64,000 nt of DNA from Bdellovibrionales bacterium (GCA_050250515.1 JBFWON010000005.1:968-64967), one strand, 5' to 3'; counted from the first letter of the stretch, positions 28,454 through 38,108 are shown. A program made the numbers and translations. The notes: generated by a model not told the origin, from the sequence alone.

Positions 28454-29724
28454 GAAAATGGGTTCTTCTTTTGTCTTTCTTTTCGATGATGGCCAGTGTG
28501 CAAGCCTCGGCCTGCCATATTGAAGTCCCGGTCACGGATGTGATTGGCCCGGCCACATTGGACCTTTTACAGCGAGTGGAAAAACGTGCGGATCAAGAAA
28601 AGTGTAGTTCCGTTTTGTTAAAGATCAATACGCCCGGGGGAAGCCTTGAAACCACACGCATGCTGGTCGAATTGATTCTGAATTCTAAACATGCGTACCT
28701 GTGTTTGGTTTCGCCTGCAGGGGGACATGCGGGCAGTGCCGGCGCCATTATTTTACAGGCTTGCCACATCAGCGGCGCTCTTAAAGGCACCAATTTGGGC
28801 GCGGCGACCCCCGTCACCATGGGTGGCGAAATGCCGGAGGATCTACGTAAGAAGATTCTCAATGACACGCGCAGTTGGTTGGAGAGTCTGACCAAGCTTC
28901 GAGGACGAAGTGAAAAATTCGGGCAGGAAATTATTTTGGAGGCCAAAGCCGTGACGGCGGAAGAGGCCCTGCGCTTAAAGGCCATCGATTTTGTCGGCAC
29001 CACTCAACAGGAGTTTCTGGATTTTGCTACAGGTCGCGAAGTGAAAATGCCGGGCGACGCCAAAATGACCGTCGAGCCAGGTGCGGGTAAAGTCTTTGAG
29101 CTCGATACGCGCTACAAAGTCGTTTCGATTCTAACTGATCCTCAGTTGGCCTACATGATGTTGCTGGGAAGTTTGGCCCTCTTGTACTTTGAGATCACTC
29201 ATCCTGGCACCATGATTGCGGGCGTGGTCGGCGGTTTGGGTTTGGTGATTGCTTTGGTTGCACTTCACAAACTCGACGTCGAGTGGGGTGGCTTGGCACT
29301 GATCTTTTTGGGTATCGGGATGCTGATTGCCGAAATGTTTATCCCGTCTTTTGGGGCGCTTGGAGTTGGTGGCATCGTCGCCTTTGTCTTGGGCAGTATC
29401 TTTCTGTTTGATCCGGTTAAAACGGGTGGGTACCGATTGCCACTGCAATTGATTATGCCTGTGGCCTTGCTCTTCGCTGGAATTTTTCTGGGCGTGGGTT
29501 ACTTGGTCCTGCAGGGCATGAAGGTCAAACGCAAAGGGGGCTTTGAGGATTTGATGGGCGAAAAGGGAAAGATCGTCAATCTTGAGAGCACTGGGCTGGA
29601 GGGAATGGTTGAGCTTCGTGGGGAACTTTGGAAGTTCGTCTCGCAAGAGCCAGTCCATGTGGATGCACGCGTCATTGTTGAAGGACATGACGGTTTGATT
29701 TTGAAAGTGAAGCGCGAAGTCTGA
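28450..29724 (+). CDS. NfeD-family membrane-bound ClpP-class serine protease
   Basis: Start at [19 protein letters not shown]. The ClpP-like region is [14 protein letters not shown]...[11 protein letters not shown], followed by multiple TM helices and a C-terminal OB-like NfeD domain. It sits next to an SPFH gene, as is typical. Confidence 0.8.
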   Translation: MRKWVLLLSFFSMMASVQASACHIEVPVTDVIGPATLDLLQRVEKRADQEKCSSVLLKINTPGGSLETTRMLVELILNSKHAYLCLVSPAGGHAGSAGAIILQACHISGALKGTNLGAATPVTMGGEMPEDLRKKILNDTRSWLESLTKLRGRSEKFGQEIILEAKAVTAEEALRLKAIDFVGTTQQEFLDFATGREVKMPGDAKMTVEPGAGKVFELDTRYKVVSILTDPQLAYMMLLGSLALLYFEITHPGTMIAGVVGGLGLVIALVALHKLDVEWGGLALIFLGIGMLIAEMFIPSFGALGVGGIVAFVLGSIFLFDPVKTGGYRLPLQLIMPVALLFAGIFLGVGYLVLQGMKVKRKGGFEDLMGEKGKIVNLESTGLEGMVELRGELWKFVSQEPVHVDARVIVEGHDGLILKVKREV

Positions 29725-29737
29725 AAGGAGACTGAAA

Positions 29738-30496
29738 ATGTTAGAACTACTTGGTCCTAATCTAGTTTGGATCGTGATTGTCGTCGCCATCGTGGGATCG
29801 GCCGTCAAAATTTTGCCTGAATGGGAGAGGGGAGTTGTACTCCGCCTTGGCCGCTCGATTGGCATTCGAGGACCTGGACCGATCCTGCTGATTCCAGGTG
29901 TTGAACGCTTGGTTCGGGTGGATACGAGAACTATAACACTCGACATTCCTCCACAGGATGTGATCACGGCGGACAACATTAGTCTTAAAGTGAACGCGGT
30001 GATTTATTTTCGTGTGGTGAATCCGGAAGGCGCTGTCACTCGAGTGATGGATTATCTGTTTGCGACGTCTCAGTTGGCGCAGACCACACTGCGATCGGTG
30101 TTAGGCCAATATCAGATGGATGAAGTCTTAGCCCATCGAGATAAGATCAATCAGTCCCTGCAAGGTATCTTAGATAAATCGACAGAGCCTTGGGGCATTA
30201 AGATTTCCAATGTGGAAATTAAAAACGTCGACCTGCCCAAAGAGATGCAATCGGCTATGGCCCGCCAAGCGGAAGCCGAGCGAGAGCGCCGAGCGAAGGT
30301 GATCAGCGCCGAAGGTGAATTCCAGCGAGCGGAAAAACTGCGCGAGGCCTCTAATATTTTGGCAGGCTCACCGTCGGCTCTACAGTTGGCCTATTTACAA
30401 GCGTTGAGTGAAATTGCGGATGCCGGTACGAAGACAATTATCTTCCCCATTCCGTTGGACATCCTTGAGGCCTTCAGTTCGAAAGGTAAGGGATGA
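29738..30496 (+). CDS. SPFH/band-7 (stomatin-like, slipin) protein
   Basis: 252 aa. The sequence [13 protein letters not shown]...[33 protein letters not shown]...[16 protein letters not shown] is a classic stomatin/PHB domain. Confidence 0.88.
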   Translation: MLELLGPNLVWIVIVVAIVGSAVKILPEWERGVVLRLGRSIGIRGPGPILLIPGVERLVRVDTRTITLDIPPQDVITADNISLKVNAVIYFRVVNPEGAVTRVMDYLFATSQLAQTTLRSVLGQYQMDEVLAHRDKINQSLQGILDKSTEPWGIKISNVEIKNVDLPKEMQSAMARQAEAERERRAKVISAEGEFQRAEKLREASNILAGSPSALQLAYLQALSEIADAGTKTIIFPIPLDILEAFSSKGKG

Positions 30497-31638
30497 GGAT
30501 TTTCGTAGTTCTTTTGGTAAGCGCCTGGATGGGGGGAGCCAGTGCGCAGGATCAAATCATTCGGATCCGGGTTGCTAAGAATTTGTCCACTTTGTCTTTG
30601 AAGGGTGTGTCGATTCGTGTTCTGGGGTCGGGCGGAGATGTGCTGTCGACCGAAGGTCTGACAAAAATGAAAATTCGCCGCAGCACGGGTGGCTGGCTCC
30701 TTAAGAAAGAGGGGGCCGACGACCTACTGGTCAATGAATCTCAGCTGACCGTTCGGGCCGCTTTTTTAGAGGTCAAAGGGCGAAGGCTTACCGATGAACT
30801 CCATTTGGTCGCGACGGATGAGAATCGATACGATTTGGTCGTGCATATGCCCATTGAGCGTTATTTGATGGGCGTCGTGCCCTCCGAGATGCCGCTCTAT
30901 TGGCACGAAGAGGCACTTAAGGCGCAAACAGTGGCGGCTCGCTCTTACGCTTTGAGAACGGCAAAGGCGCGAAAGAGCTGGCACTTTGATGTGGAAACGT
31001 CGATCCGAGATCAGGTGTTTAAATTTAATGTGGAGGAAGACCTACCCAAGGCGATTCGAACTAAGTTGAAACGAGTGGTGACGCAAACAAAGGGTGAAGT
31101 CCTGCGCGATGAGCAGAGCCGGGTGGTGCGAGCCTATTATTCCGCCGACTGCGGCTGCAAATCGGAAGATCCGAAATTTGTCTGGGGAGTGGATGAAAAT
31201 ATGGAGTCCGTGGAGGACCCGACTTGTCGTTTGCGGCCTCAGAAAAAATGGAACTTGGCGATTGATCGCCAAGAGTTAAGATCCAGCTTGTTTCGCACTC
31301 TGGGATTGAATGACCGAGATGAACTTTCCACTATACAGATAGCCGAGAAATCTCCCTCTGGTCGCGTGAGCCGCCTTGTGGCTCTAGTAAAGGTGAAGGG
31401 TGAGTCTGTGTTGCGCTATTTTTCGGCGCAAGATTTTCGGCGCCTTGTCGGCTTTCGCAAGGTCTTGAGCACGGATTTTCAAATTCAGTGGATAGCCGAT
31501 CAACTGCACATTACAGGTTATGGTCAAGGGCACGGAGTCGGTCTCTGTCAAACCGGGGCTCGCTTTATGGCTCGCCATGGAAGTTCCTACCGCGAAATCC
31601 TACGCAACTTCTACCCCAAAGCCACCATCGCTCAATAA
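30493..31638 (+). CDS. SpoIID/LytB-domain protein
   Basis: 381 aa. Signal peptide. Motifs [11 protein letters not shown]...[15 protein letters not shown] and YYSADCGC...[11 protein letters not shown] are characteristic of SpoIID-type lytic transglycosylase regulators. Confidence 0.8.
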   Translation: MRIFVVLLVSAWMGGASAQDQIIRIRVAKNLSTLSLKGVSIRVLGSGGDVLSTEGLTKMKIRRSTGGWLLKKEGADDLLVNESQLTVRAAFLEVKGRRLTDELHLVATDENRYDLVVHMPIERYLMGVVPSEMPLYWHEEALKAQTVAARSYALRTAKARKSWHFDVETSIRDQVFKFNVEEDLPKAIRTKLKRVVTQTKGEVLRDEQSRVVRAYYSADCGCKSEDPKFVWGVDENMESVEDPTCRLRPQKKWNLAIDRQELRSSLFRTLGLNDRDELSTIQIAEKSPSGRVSRLVALVKVKGESVLRYFSAQDFRRLVGFRKVLSTDFQIQWIADQLHITGYGQGHGVGLCQTGARFMARHGSSYREILRNFYPKATIAQ

Positions 31639-31705
31639 GGTTCGGACTACTTTTTGGGCCGTCGGCGCGTTAGACGCACCGACGGCCCAAAAAGTAGTCC
31701 GAACC
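31639..31705. terminator. long palindromic hairpin between convergent genes (bidirectional terminator candidate)
   Basis: GGTTCGGACTACTTTTTGGGCCGTCGGCGCG-TTAGA-CGCACCGACGGCCCAAAAAGTAGTCCGAACC. The arms are ~31 nt with one mismatch. The hairpin begins right after the SpoIID stop, and its last base overlaps the stop codon (31705-31707) of the minus-strand gene. Confidence 0.6.
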
Positions 31706-32790
31706 TAGTCGACGGTCATCCCGTGATGGGCCTTATATCCGGCAAAGCCTTCTTCACCCATATAGCGATGGCCGATGTTCTTGGGAATCTTCGTGATGTC
31801 GAGCCAAATCAACCCATCGATCGAATTGAAGTCGTCATCTTTATTAAAGGCCAAAAAGCGAACGCCCAATTCCAGATATAACTTTATGAGCTGAGGGATT
31901 TGCGCGCGGGGATTGTCCTCCACCATACGAACAAAATCCTGCAGGGCTGAGAGATCAATCGCGTTGTCGACCACGGAAGTGAGCTCTTCCGGTGATAAAT
32001 CGGTCTCAAAGGTTGGCGGGTTCTTAGAGGTCACGAGTTCGGCTTTTTCATGATTGAAGTTCTTCATCAAGAAACTCACCATAAGGTGCTTAGAAGCCTC
32101 GTGAAATTCATTTGAAATGCTGACCGGACCCATAAGGTATTTATAATCTGGATTGGCGCAGACAAAGCGACCGAGGCCTGTCCAAATATAAAGCAAAGTC
32201 AGACCCCGCTGAAATTCGGGGCGTACGAAGCTTCGTCCCGCTTCCAAGGTGCCGGTGCGAAAATCCGCTTTCAATAATGGCTCGAGATTGAAGAGCGTGT
32301 TGGTGTAAACGCCATCCGGACCATACTTTGCCAAAATTTTGTCTACGCGACCGATCCGGTAGGCTCCGGTGATTTCGCTGGTCTTTTTATCCCACGCCCA
32401 AAAGTGGTCATAATACGGATCAAATCGATCGGTGTCCGAGCTAAGACCCGTCCCTTCCCCCACTGTTCGAAAGGTCGCCTCTCTGAGTCGTCCCAATTCT
32501 CGAATGACATGGGGGATCTCTTCACCACGAGCGCGATAAATCTTCATTCCCTTCATGTCTTGATCGGGATGAGAGTCGACCAACAGTTCGGCTTTTTGCT
32601 GATCTCGCAACAAATCTTCTTTTGGCGTCGGTCCGACGATTTCTTGCATATCACGCGGATCGACCGGCCGTTGTCGGTTGGATTTCAACTTTTCTAGAAT
32701 CGGAGCTAGATTCGAGTCTTTGTTTGTCATCTCTATCACTTTATCAGGGACGGTTTTTGTCAGAACCGACACTCTAGGGGGCTTGGCCAC
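31705..32790 (-). CDS. GNAT-family N-acyltransferase (OlsB / N-acyl amino acid synthase-like, 'hemolysin-like')
   Basis: LGRLREATFRTVGEGTGLSSDTDRFDPYYDHFWAWDKK...AYRIG...EAGRSFVRPEFQ matches the Acetyltransf_5/OlsB pattern. The alternative ATG start at 32730 is at least as likely as GTG 32790. Confidence 0.7.
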   Translation of the reverse strand: MAKPPRVSVLTKTVPDKVIEMTNKDSNLAPILEKLKSNRQRPVDPRDMQEIVGPTPKEDLLRDQQKAELLVDSHPDQDMKGMKIYRARGEEIPHVIRELGRLREATFRTVGEGTGLSSDTDRFDPYYDHFWAWDKKTSEITGAYRIGRVDKILAKYGPDGVYTNTLFNLEPLLKADFRTGTLEAGRSFVRPEFQRGLTLLYIWTGLGRFVCANPDYKYLMGPVSISNEFHEASKHLMVSFLMKNFNHEKAELVTSKNPPTFETDLSPEELTSVVDNAIDLSALQDFVRMVEDNPRAQIPQLIKLYLELGVRFLAFNKDDDFNSIDGLIWLDITKIPKNIGHRYMGEEGFAGYKAHHGMTVD

Positions 32791-32897
32791 GCTTCGTCAA
32801 TATCAAAAAAAGTCAATAAATATCAAGCGGTTACATTATTTTTGACCGTCGGCACAGAGGTCGCACTATCCTTAATCCAAGGGAGAGGAAAGCGCTT

Positions 32898-33521
32898 ATG
32901 CGGAAGATATGGACTCTGGCGACCCTACTGGTGTCGTGGCAATTGACAGCCTGCTCCACCCATTGGCGGGAGAGCGGATCGGAAGTGACGGCGGCTGACA
33001 TTCAATCCCTGTTCGCCGATTTGGATACGGCTCAAGCCCAATCCAACACCTCTGGAAACATGTCGGAAGTTTTGCAAATGAAGGACGATGGTGCCACGCA
33101 AGTCTACTATGCCCAGGCGCCGGTGCGAAAAGTTCGTGTCGTTAACATTCTTAGTGTGAACAGTTTGGCTTTTCTTGGGCTCAATGATGACGAGTACTCG
33201 GTCTTCATACTTCCAGCTGCCCGCGTGCTTTTGCTGGATTTGCCAACAGATTCGGGACATCAAGTCGGTCTGATTGTGGGAGTGAAAACAGACTCCGATC
33301 AATTTCGCTATACGGCCTTCAAGGGGACCGGAGGAATTTCCAGCGGAAAGTTCAGTGCCGAAGTGGACGATGGCAATGGACACAAACTGACGCTTGAAAG
33401 TTTGGATGTGGATAAGGATGAATTAGATCCTGTGATTCAGATTTCCGTTTTTCAGCATGACCAAAATGGTGACGGAGTCTACATCGGCAAATTCAATTCT
33501 TTGACCGGCTTTCTGAACTAA
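32898..33521 (+). CDS. lipoprotein, hypothetical
   Basis: 207 aa. Lipobox WQLTAC. No recognisable domain. Confidence 0.5.
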   Translation: MRKIWTLATLLVSWQLTACSTHWRESGSEVTAADIQSLFADLDTAQAQSNTSGNMSEVLQMKDDGATQVYYAQAPVRKVRVVNILSVNSLAFLGLNDDEYSVFILPAARVLLLDLPTDSGHQVGLIVGVKTDSDQFRYTAFKGTGGISSGKFSAEVDDGNGHKLTLESLDVDKDELDPVIQISVFQHDQNGDGVYIGKFNSLTGFLN

Positions 33522-33558
33522 GACTTGCAATTCTTAAAAAACCTGTTCGAATAATGGA

Positions 33559-34434
33559 ATGGCTCTCAAACTGTGGGTGGAATTCTTCGAAGATTTGCAA
33601 CATGTACGCGGTCGCTCTCACAACACGGTGATGGCCTACCGGCGCGATTTGGAACTGTTTGAGGAATTCCAAAAAACTGGTCGTGATATTTCTTCGCTGT
33701 TCGAGTTTATGAAAGGCAAAAAGCTTTCGACTCGCACGCAGGCTCGAGTCATCAGCTCGCTTCGAACTTATTTTCGTTTTCTCGAAACCCAAGGGGAAAA
33801 GGCACCGGAACTTCGTGAGCTCAGGCCTCCACGAATCAAGCCCGGATTGCCGAAGCCACTGACGCTTCAGGAATTTGAGAGTCTCTTAGAATCATGCCGC
33901 GTCGAAGACATGCATCGATCGGCTCGAAATCGAATCACGCTTTTGCTGTTGTTTGGGCTCGGGTGCCGAGTCTCTGAGTTGGTTGGTTTGAATCTTATGG
34001 ATCTGAGCCTCAGCGACTCTTGGTTGAAGGTGATCGGCAAGGGTGGCAAAGAACGTTTGGTGCCGCTAACCGAAAGTCTTTTGCAAGAGTTAAAGTCTTA
34101 CATTAAGGATGTGCGCGGATTCCTGGTAAAAGACGATACCAAGTCTATTTTGATCAATGACCGTGGTCATCGGCCGTCGCGTGTGGATGTTTGGCGTTGG
34201 CTTGCTGCCTGGTCGGCTCGTGCGGGCTTTGAAGAGCCTGTCGGGCCCCATCAGTTCCGTCATGGTTGTGCCACCGCTCTGCTTGAAAGTGGTGCAGACT
34301 TGCGTACGATTCAAATGCTGCTGGGCCACTCGAGTTTGCAGACGACACAGATCTACGCTTCTGTCACTTCGCACAAAATGCGCGAAGAAGTCGATCGGCA
34401 TCATCCACTATCCGGGATTCCGTCAGTCGATTGA
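33559..34434 (+). CDS. tyrosine recombinase, XerC/XerD family
   Basis: 291 aa. N-terminal SAM-like domain (HNTVMAYRRDLELF...RVISSLRTYFRFL). Catalytic region LFGLGCRVSELVGL...HQFRHGCATALLESGADLRTIQMLLGHSSLQTTQIYASV. Confidence 0.8.
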   Translation: MALKLWVEFFEDLQHVRGRSHNTVMAYRRDLELFEEFQKTGRDISSLFEFMKGKKLSTRTQARVISSLRTYFRFLETQGEKAPELRELRPPRIKPGLPKPLTLQEFESLLESCRVEDMHRSARNRITLLLLFGLGCRVSELVGLNLMDLSLSDSWLKVIGKGGKERLVPLTESLLQELKSYIKDVRGFLVKDDTKSILINDRGHRPSRVDVWRWLAAWSARAGFEEPVGPHQFRHGCATALLESGADLRTIQMLLGHSSLQTTQIYASVTSHKMREEVDRHHPLSGIPSVD

Positions 34435-34524
34435 ACGGGGATCGGATAAGATCCGCCGGTCGAATCTCAATTCCAAACTAATGCACTTTTAGCTCGGCAA
34501 GAGATCTGCAATGTCACTTGCCTC

Positions 34525-35940
34525 ATGTTGCTTAAGTCTATTTTTCGAAGAGGAGATATTTGGGAGCGGGGAGAGGTCGAAGTTCGACTTCTGCCGGGAA
34601 TTCCAAATCTTCATATAGTCGGTTTGCCCGACGCCCATATTAAAGAGACCGGAATCAAGCTCAAGTCGGCGCTGAAGGCGTGTGGATTCAAGTGGCCGAA
34701 GGCTCAACAAATCATTGTGAATCTTCGCCCGACCTATTTTCGAAAGAGCAGTGCGGGTGTGGAGTTGGCGATTGCTCTCGGTTACTTGGGAGAGACCGAC
34801 CAAATTAGCAAAGAAATGGTGGAGGCCTGTGCGCACACTCCGATCTATGGGGAAATCGGGCTCGATGGTCGGGTGCACTCACCACATGATCTGTCCCTAG
34901 CGCTCAGGGCGGTGCCGGATGCAGAGGTGATCACCGGGCCCGTGGGTGAGGATCTGCGCGAAGGTTCGTGGAGCGAAATGAAATCCTTGACGGACAAGGA
35001 GTTCACTCGACGAGCCCGATTTTTTGATTGGGACGGATTTTGGAAAAGACCAAAGACTTCGAAGTACGATCTACATCCGACAGCGGCACGACTGCTGTGG
35101 TTGGCCGCACACGCGCATCTCAACGTTTTGGTGGCGGGTCCCCAAGGGTCAGGCAAATCCACTTGGGCCCGCATGCTCTATGGATTGAGCGAGCCCCCAA
35201 TACCAGATCAGTTCTTGGCGCGTGAGGAATGGATTTCGGATGTGGAACCCCTTCGATGGCGTCCCCTTGAGGCCCCTCATCATTCCATTACGCCTTTGGC
35301 GATGATTGGTGGGGGGTCTCCTATTCAAGCGGGGGTGGTGACTCGGGCCCACGGGGGTGTGCTTTTGATGGATGAGTTTTTGCAATTTCATCCATCGGTT
35401 CTTGAAAATTTGAGGGAGCCTTTGGAAACAGGCTCCCTCGAAATTGCCAGAAAAGGGGAGAGAAAAAGTCTTCCCGCCCAGTTTCAGTTAATTGGAACCA
35501 CGAATCTATGCCCGTGTGGGAAGCTGAGTCCAAAGTATTCGGGTGGATGCGCGTTTCCGATTCTTCAGTGCCGTTCAACGCTTCGTCGCCTTTCGGGCCC
35601 TATTTTGGATCGCTTCGATATGTTGATTTTCGCGGATGGGTGGACGGAGACTCAGGATAAAATCCGGTTTGGTGAGATCGTGAAAACTTTGACCGAGACT
35701 CGCGATTTTCGTTTGCAAAGGGTTTTGAATCCCACCCAATCCGAGGCCGACCTAGAGGAGCTTCTGCGGGACGTGCAGAGAACGCCGGTCAGTCATCGGC
35801 GAACCAAGTCTATGATGCGGGTTGCCAGAGCCTTGGCCGATCGGGATTTCAGTACGGACATCCGCCGCGACCATTTGCAGCGCGCTTTGGAGCTCACGCT
35901 GGCCCCGATCGGGACGCTCGATCACCTTTTACAACTCTGA
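34525..35940 (+). CDS. comM: YifB/ComM-family Mg-chelatase-like AAA+ ATPase
   Basis: 471 aa. The N-terminal Lon-like ChlI domain is IVGLPDAHIKETGIKLKSALKACGF...IVNLRP. Walker A is GPQGSGKST. GVLLMDEF follows. A Cys cluster (CPCG...C) is typical of ComM. Confidence 0.85.
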   Translation: MLLKSIFRRGDIWERGEVEVRLLPGIPNLHIVGLPDAHIKETGIKLKSALKACGFKWPKAQQIIVNLRPTYFRKSSAGVELAIALGYLGETDQISKEMVEACAHTPIYGEIGLDGRVHSPHDLSLALRAVPDAEVITGPVGEDLREGSWSEMKSLTDKEFTRRARFFDWDGFWKRPKTSKYDLHPTAARLLWLAAHAHLNVLVAGPQGSGKSTWARMLYGLSEPPIPDQFLAREEWISDVEPLRWRPLEAPHHSITPLAMIGGGSPIQAGVVTRAHGGVLLMDEFLQFHPSVLENLREPLETGSLEIARKGERKSLPAQFQLIGTTNLCPCGKLSPKYSGGCAFPILQCRSTLRRLSGPILDRFDMLIFADGWTETQDKIRFGEIVKTLTETRDFRLQRVLNPTQSEADLEELLRDVQRTPVSHRRTKSMMRVARALADRDFSTDIRRDHLQRALELTLAPIGTLDHLLQL

Positions 35941-35993
35941 AGGCGGTTTACTTCTTGGCCAGAATCTGGTTCACTGCGGCCTTTCATTTCGCT

Positions 35994-36067
35994 GGTGGCA
36001 TGGCCGAGTAGTTAGGCAGCGCTCTGCAAAAGCGTGCACCCCGGTGCGATTCCGGGTGCCACCTCCA
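35994..36067 (+). tRNA. tRNA-Cys (anticodon GCA), CCA encoded
   Basis: Hand fold of a 74-nt molecule. The acceptor stem GGTGGCA/TGCCACC is a perfect 7 bp. The anticodon stem is GCGCT/AGCGT with loop CU-GCA-AA. The T stem is CCCGG/CCGGG. The discriminator is U73, a tRNA-Cys identity element, followed by CCA. The D stem is only 3 bp plus a G:A pair, and the T loop reads UGCGAUU, which is unusual. Confidence 0.8.
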
Positions 36068-36192
36068 AACTTCGGTAGCGAATTTCCCAAGAAAAAGTAA
36101 ATCGTGAAAATCTCAACACTAATGGATTCAGTGACTTGCGAGTCTTCGATCTCTCAAACGTAACCGAAAATAACGGCAAATAACTCCAGTGA

Positions 36193-36225
36193 TGGGCAAA
36201 GGCTGGGCAAGGAGTGGGCAAGGCC
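36193..36225 (+). repeat. three tandem 11-bp direct repeats (iteron-like)
   Basis: TGGGCAAAGGC / TGGGCAAGGAG / TGGGCAAGGCC start at 36193, 36204 and 36215, an exact 11-bp phase. A further TGGGCA lies at 36292. The array is 126 nt downstream of the tRNA-Cys. Confidence 0.5.
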
Positions 36226-36430
36226 AAATCCGTAAGTGTTCAATCATACACGATTTCTAAACCCTAGAATTTTCCATTTATCTGTCTACGATGGGCAGTC
36301 CTCTATCGAGAACGCAGACTTCCAGCTTCTAAAATGGGGTTTCTGACTTCATTGGTGATCTCTCTTGGCTGGTCGCCAATTGACGCTAAAAGCCTTAAGG
36401 CGATATGTTTCAACTATTGAGGAGAAATTG

Positions 36431-36829
36431 ATGGAAACATTGAAAGCCACTACAGCATTTTATGATGTGCAAAATATGGATCGAGCTGTGCAGTTTTACA
36501 CTGAAAAACTCGGCTTTCCTTTGAAAGTTCGCTTCGGTGACAATTGGGCCGAAGTTGACGCCGGCTCTATCTCGATCGGTCTTCATCCTACAGAGGACGG
36601 GGCACCGGTTTCAACCGATGGCGGTGCGACCGTATCCTTCGCTGTTGAGGATCTTGAGAAAGTAGTAAGCCACCTAAAAGAGCGTGGGGTTGAGGTTGGC
36701 GAAATTCGGACTCCTCCCAGAGGGAAATTTGCGATGGTTAAGGATTCGGAAGGTAACTACCTTCACATGATCGAATTCGAAAAAAAGTGGAAAACCGAAA
36801 ATAGCTACAGGGCTGGAGCGAAAGAGTAG
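36431..36829 (+). CDS. VOC-family (glyoxalase/bleomycin-resistance fold) protein
   Basis: Start at ATG 36431, preceded by GAGGAG. The pattern FYDVQNMDRAVQFYTEKLGFPL...GLHP...FAVEDLEKVVSHLKERGVEV...FAMVKDSEGNYLHM is typical of VOC proteins. Confidence 0.75.
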   Translation: METLKATTAFYDVQNMDRAVQFYTEKLGFPLKVRFGDNWAEVDAGSISIGLHPTEDGAPVSTDGGATVSFAVEDLEKVVSHLKERGVEVGEIRTPPRGKFAMVKDSEGNYLHMIEFEKKWKTENSYRAGAKE

Positions 36830-36893
36830 GCTCCAGAAGCACTTTAATTGCCGCCACAAGGTTCTGCGAATCTTCCGCGAGTTCCAGTGGTTT

Positions 36894-37155
36894 TCAGGCA
36901 TTGCATCTAGCTCCTGTAGAATCTATGGGTCGCGACTGGGCGTTTTTCCGTCGAAACGTGTTTTTCTCTTTAAGGCAAGTTTCCAGTAGATTTCTATTTT
37001 TACCCCGGGCCGCTCGTTCTTGATGGATGACTTTGGCGAGATAGCCTGCACCGACCTTGAGGACGACGTTGAGAATCCAGCCCACGGTGTCCTTTAGCTC
37101 GTTGGGATTTCTTGAGAAGCGGGAATGTTAGGGTCGATTTGATTTCTTGGTTCAT
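36894..37155 (-). pseudogene. frame-disrupted paralogue of the 50-aa peptide gene at 59565..59717
   Basis: The ATG (37153-37155), the SD and the leader helix are conserved. The frame encoding GWILNVVLKVGAGYLAKV is conserved with mostly third-position changes relative to the copy at 59.6 kb, but it is offset by a net -2 nt from the ATG frame and closed upstream by TAA (37128-37130). Confidence 0.4.
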
Positions 37156-37161
37156 CTGCGA

Positions 37162-37189
37162 ACCTCCTTTGCCCGATAGGCGGAGGTGA
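37162..37189 (-). promoter_or_regulatory. SD-sequestering leader helix (copy A)
   Basis: In mRNA sense the sequence is CACCUCCGCCUAUCGGGCAAAGGAGGUUCGCAGAUG. ACCUCC pairs with GGAGGU, which is the ribosome-binding site. Confidence 0.45.
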
Positions 37190-37292
37190 GCGATAACCAC
37201 ATTTCTTGCCTTCGAACTAGCTTTACCGGTAACAGATGTGGAAAGTCTGCGTAGCAAGAGGTCGGCGGTTCATAGCCCGACCAGACTCTAAG

Positions 37293-38108
37293 TCAGGCGA
37301 GATTTTCACCTAGACGAAAACTCGAAACCATAATCCCTCCCATGAAATTGTCTTCATGGTAGATTCGGTAAGAACGTTCGCCTTCAGCGGCGCCCACCGC
37401 GACAAAAAGCGGAACAAAGTGATCTTCTTGAGGGTGAGAAATTCGGGCGAACGGAGCTTCTACCCATTTCAATAGCCGATTCTTTCTTTCCTCCGGCTGA
37501 GCCTTCATTGTTTCTCCCAGCCAATTATCAAACTCACGTGATGGATAAGCCGCCTCCGGCCCTATCATTTGAAGGTTGTGAAAGCTCAAGCCACTTCCGA
37601 TAATCAGCACACCCTGATCTCGCAGCGGCGCGAGCGCGCGCCCGACTTGAAAGTGGGCAAGAGGGTCATAATCCGTGCGAATGGAAAGCTGCACCACCGG
37701 AATATCTGCTTTGGGATAAGCTACCGCGAGCGGAACGAAAGTTCCGTGGTCAAATCCGCGCCCTTGATCGGTGTGAGACCGAAGTCCAACTCCGTTCAGG
37801 ATGGCAGCGATTTTTTCTGCCAGTTCGGGAGAACCGGGAGCGTCGTATTTAATCTGGTAAGTGTGCGCTGGAAAGCCTGAGTAATCGTAAACCATCGGAG
37901 GCTTCGGGCTGGCAGTTACCGCGAAGTCCTTTTCCTCCCAATGTCCTGAGACTACGAGAATCGCCTTGGGAGTTACCCCGAGATCTTTGGGCAGAGCGGT
38001 AATCGATGCCTCAAGCTTCGCAAATGCCTTCCGAAAGCGGCCCGTGAGATAGGGCCATGGACCGCCGCCGTGAGACAGAAAGTAGGTTGGAAGCCGCCCC
38101 GATGCCAT
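37293..38108 (-). CDS. class III extradiol dioxygenase (4,5-DOPA dioxygenase / YgiD-like)
   Basis: 271 aa. FLSHGGGPW, VVSGHWEE, YDYSGFPAHTY...YDAPGSPELA, GFDHGTFVPL, PVVQLSI and IGSGLSFHNL parallel E. coli YgiD. Confidence 0.8.
   Translation of the reverse strand: MASGRLPTYFLSHGGGPWPYLTGRFRKAFAKLEASITALPKDLGVTPKAILVVSGHWEEKDFAVTASPKPPMVYDYSGFPAHTYQIKYDAPGSPELAEKIAAILNGVGLRSHTDQGRGFDHGTFVPLAVAYPKADIPVVQLSIRTDYDPLAHFQVGRALAPLRDQGVLIIGSGLSFHNLQMIGPEAAYPSREFDNWLGETMKAQPEERKNRLLKWVEAPFARISHPQEDHFVPLFVAVGAAEGERSYRIYHEDNFMGGIMVSSFRLGENLA

Noticed and set aside
29131-29979. 282-aa minus-strand ORF, and similar long antisense ORFs (941..1513, 16575..17006, 18494..19045, 25785..26267)
   Set aside because: These are shadow frames opposite well-supported genes (nfeD, fbaB, uvrC, tolQ-like, OM barrel). 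They have Arg/Ser/Pro-rich composition and no RBS.
33559-34434. The XerC/D-type recombinase as the integrase of the tRNA-Cys island
   Set aside because: It lies on the core side of the tRNA, separated from it by comM. It has the size and motifs of a housekeeping XerC/XerD rather than a phage-type integrase with an arm-binding domain.
36262-36273. The 12-mer CCCTAGAATTTT, shared with the TolQ-cluster promoter -10 region, as a second promoter
   Set aside because: There is no acceptable -35 element at 16-18 nt spacing. The shared 12-mer may be coincidental.
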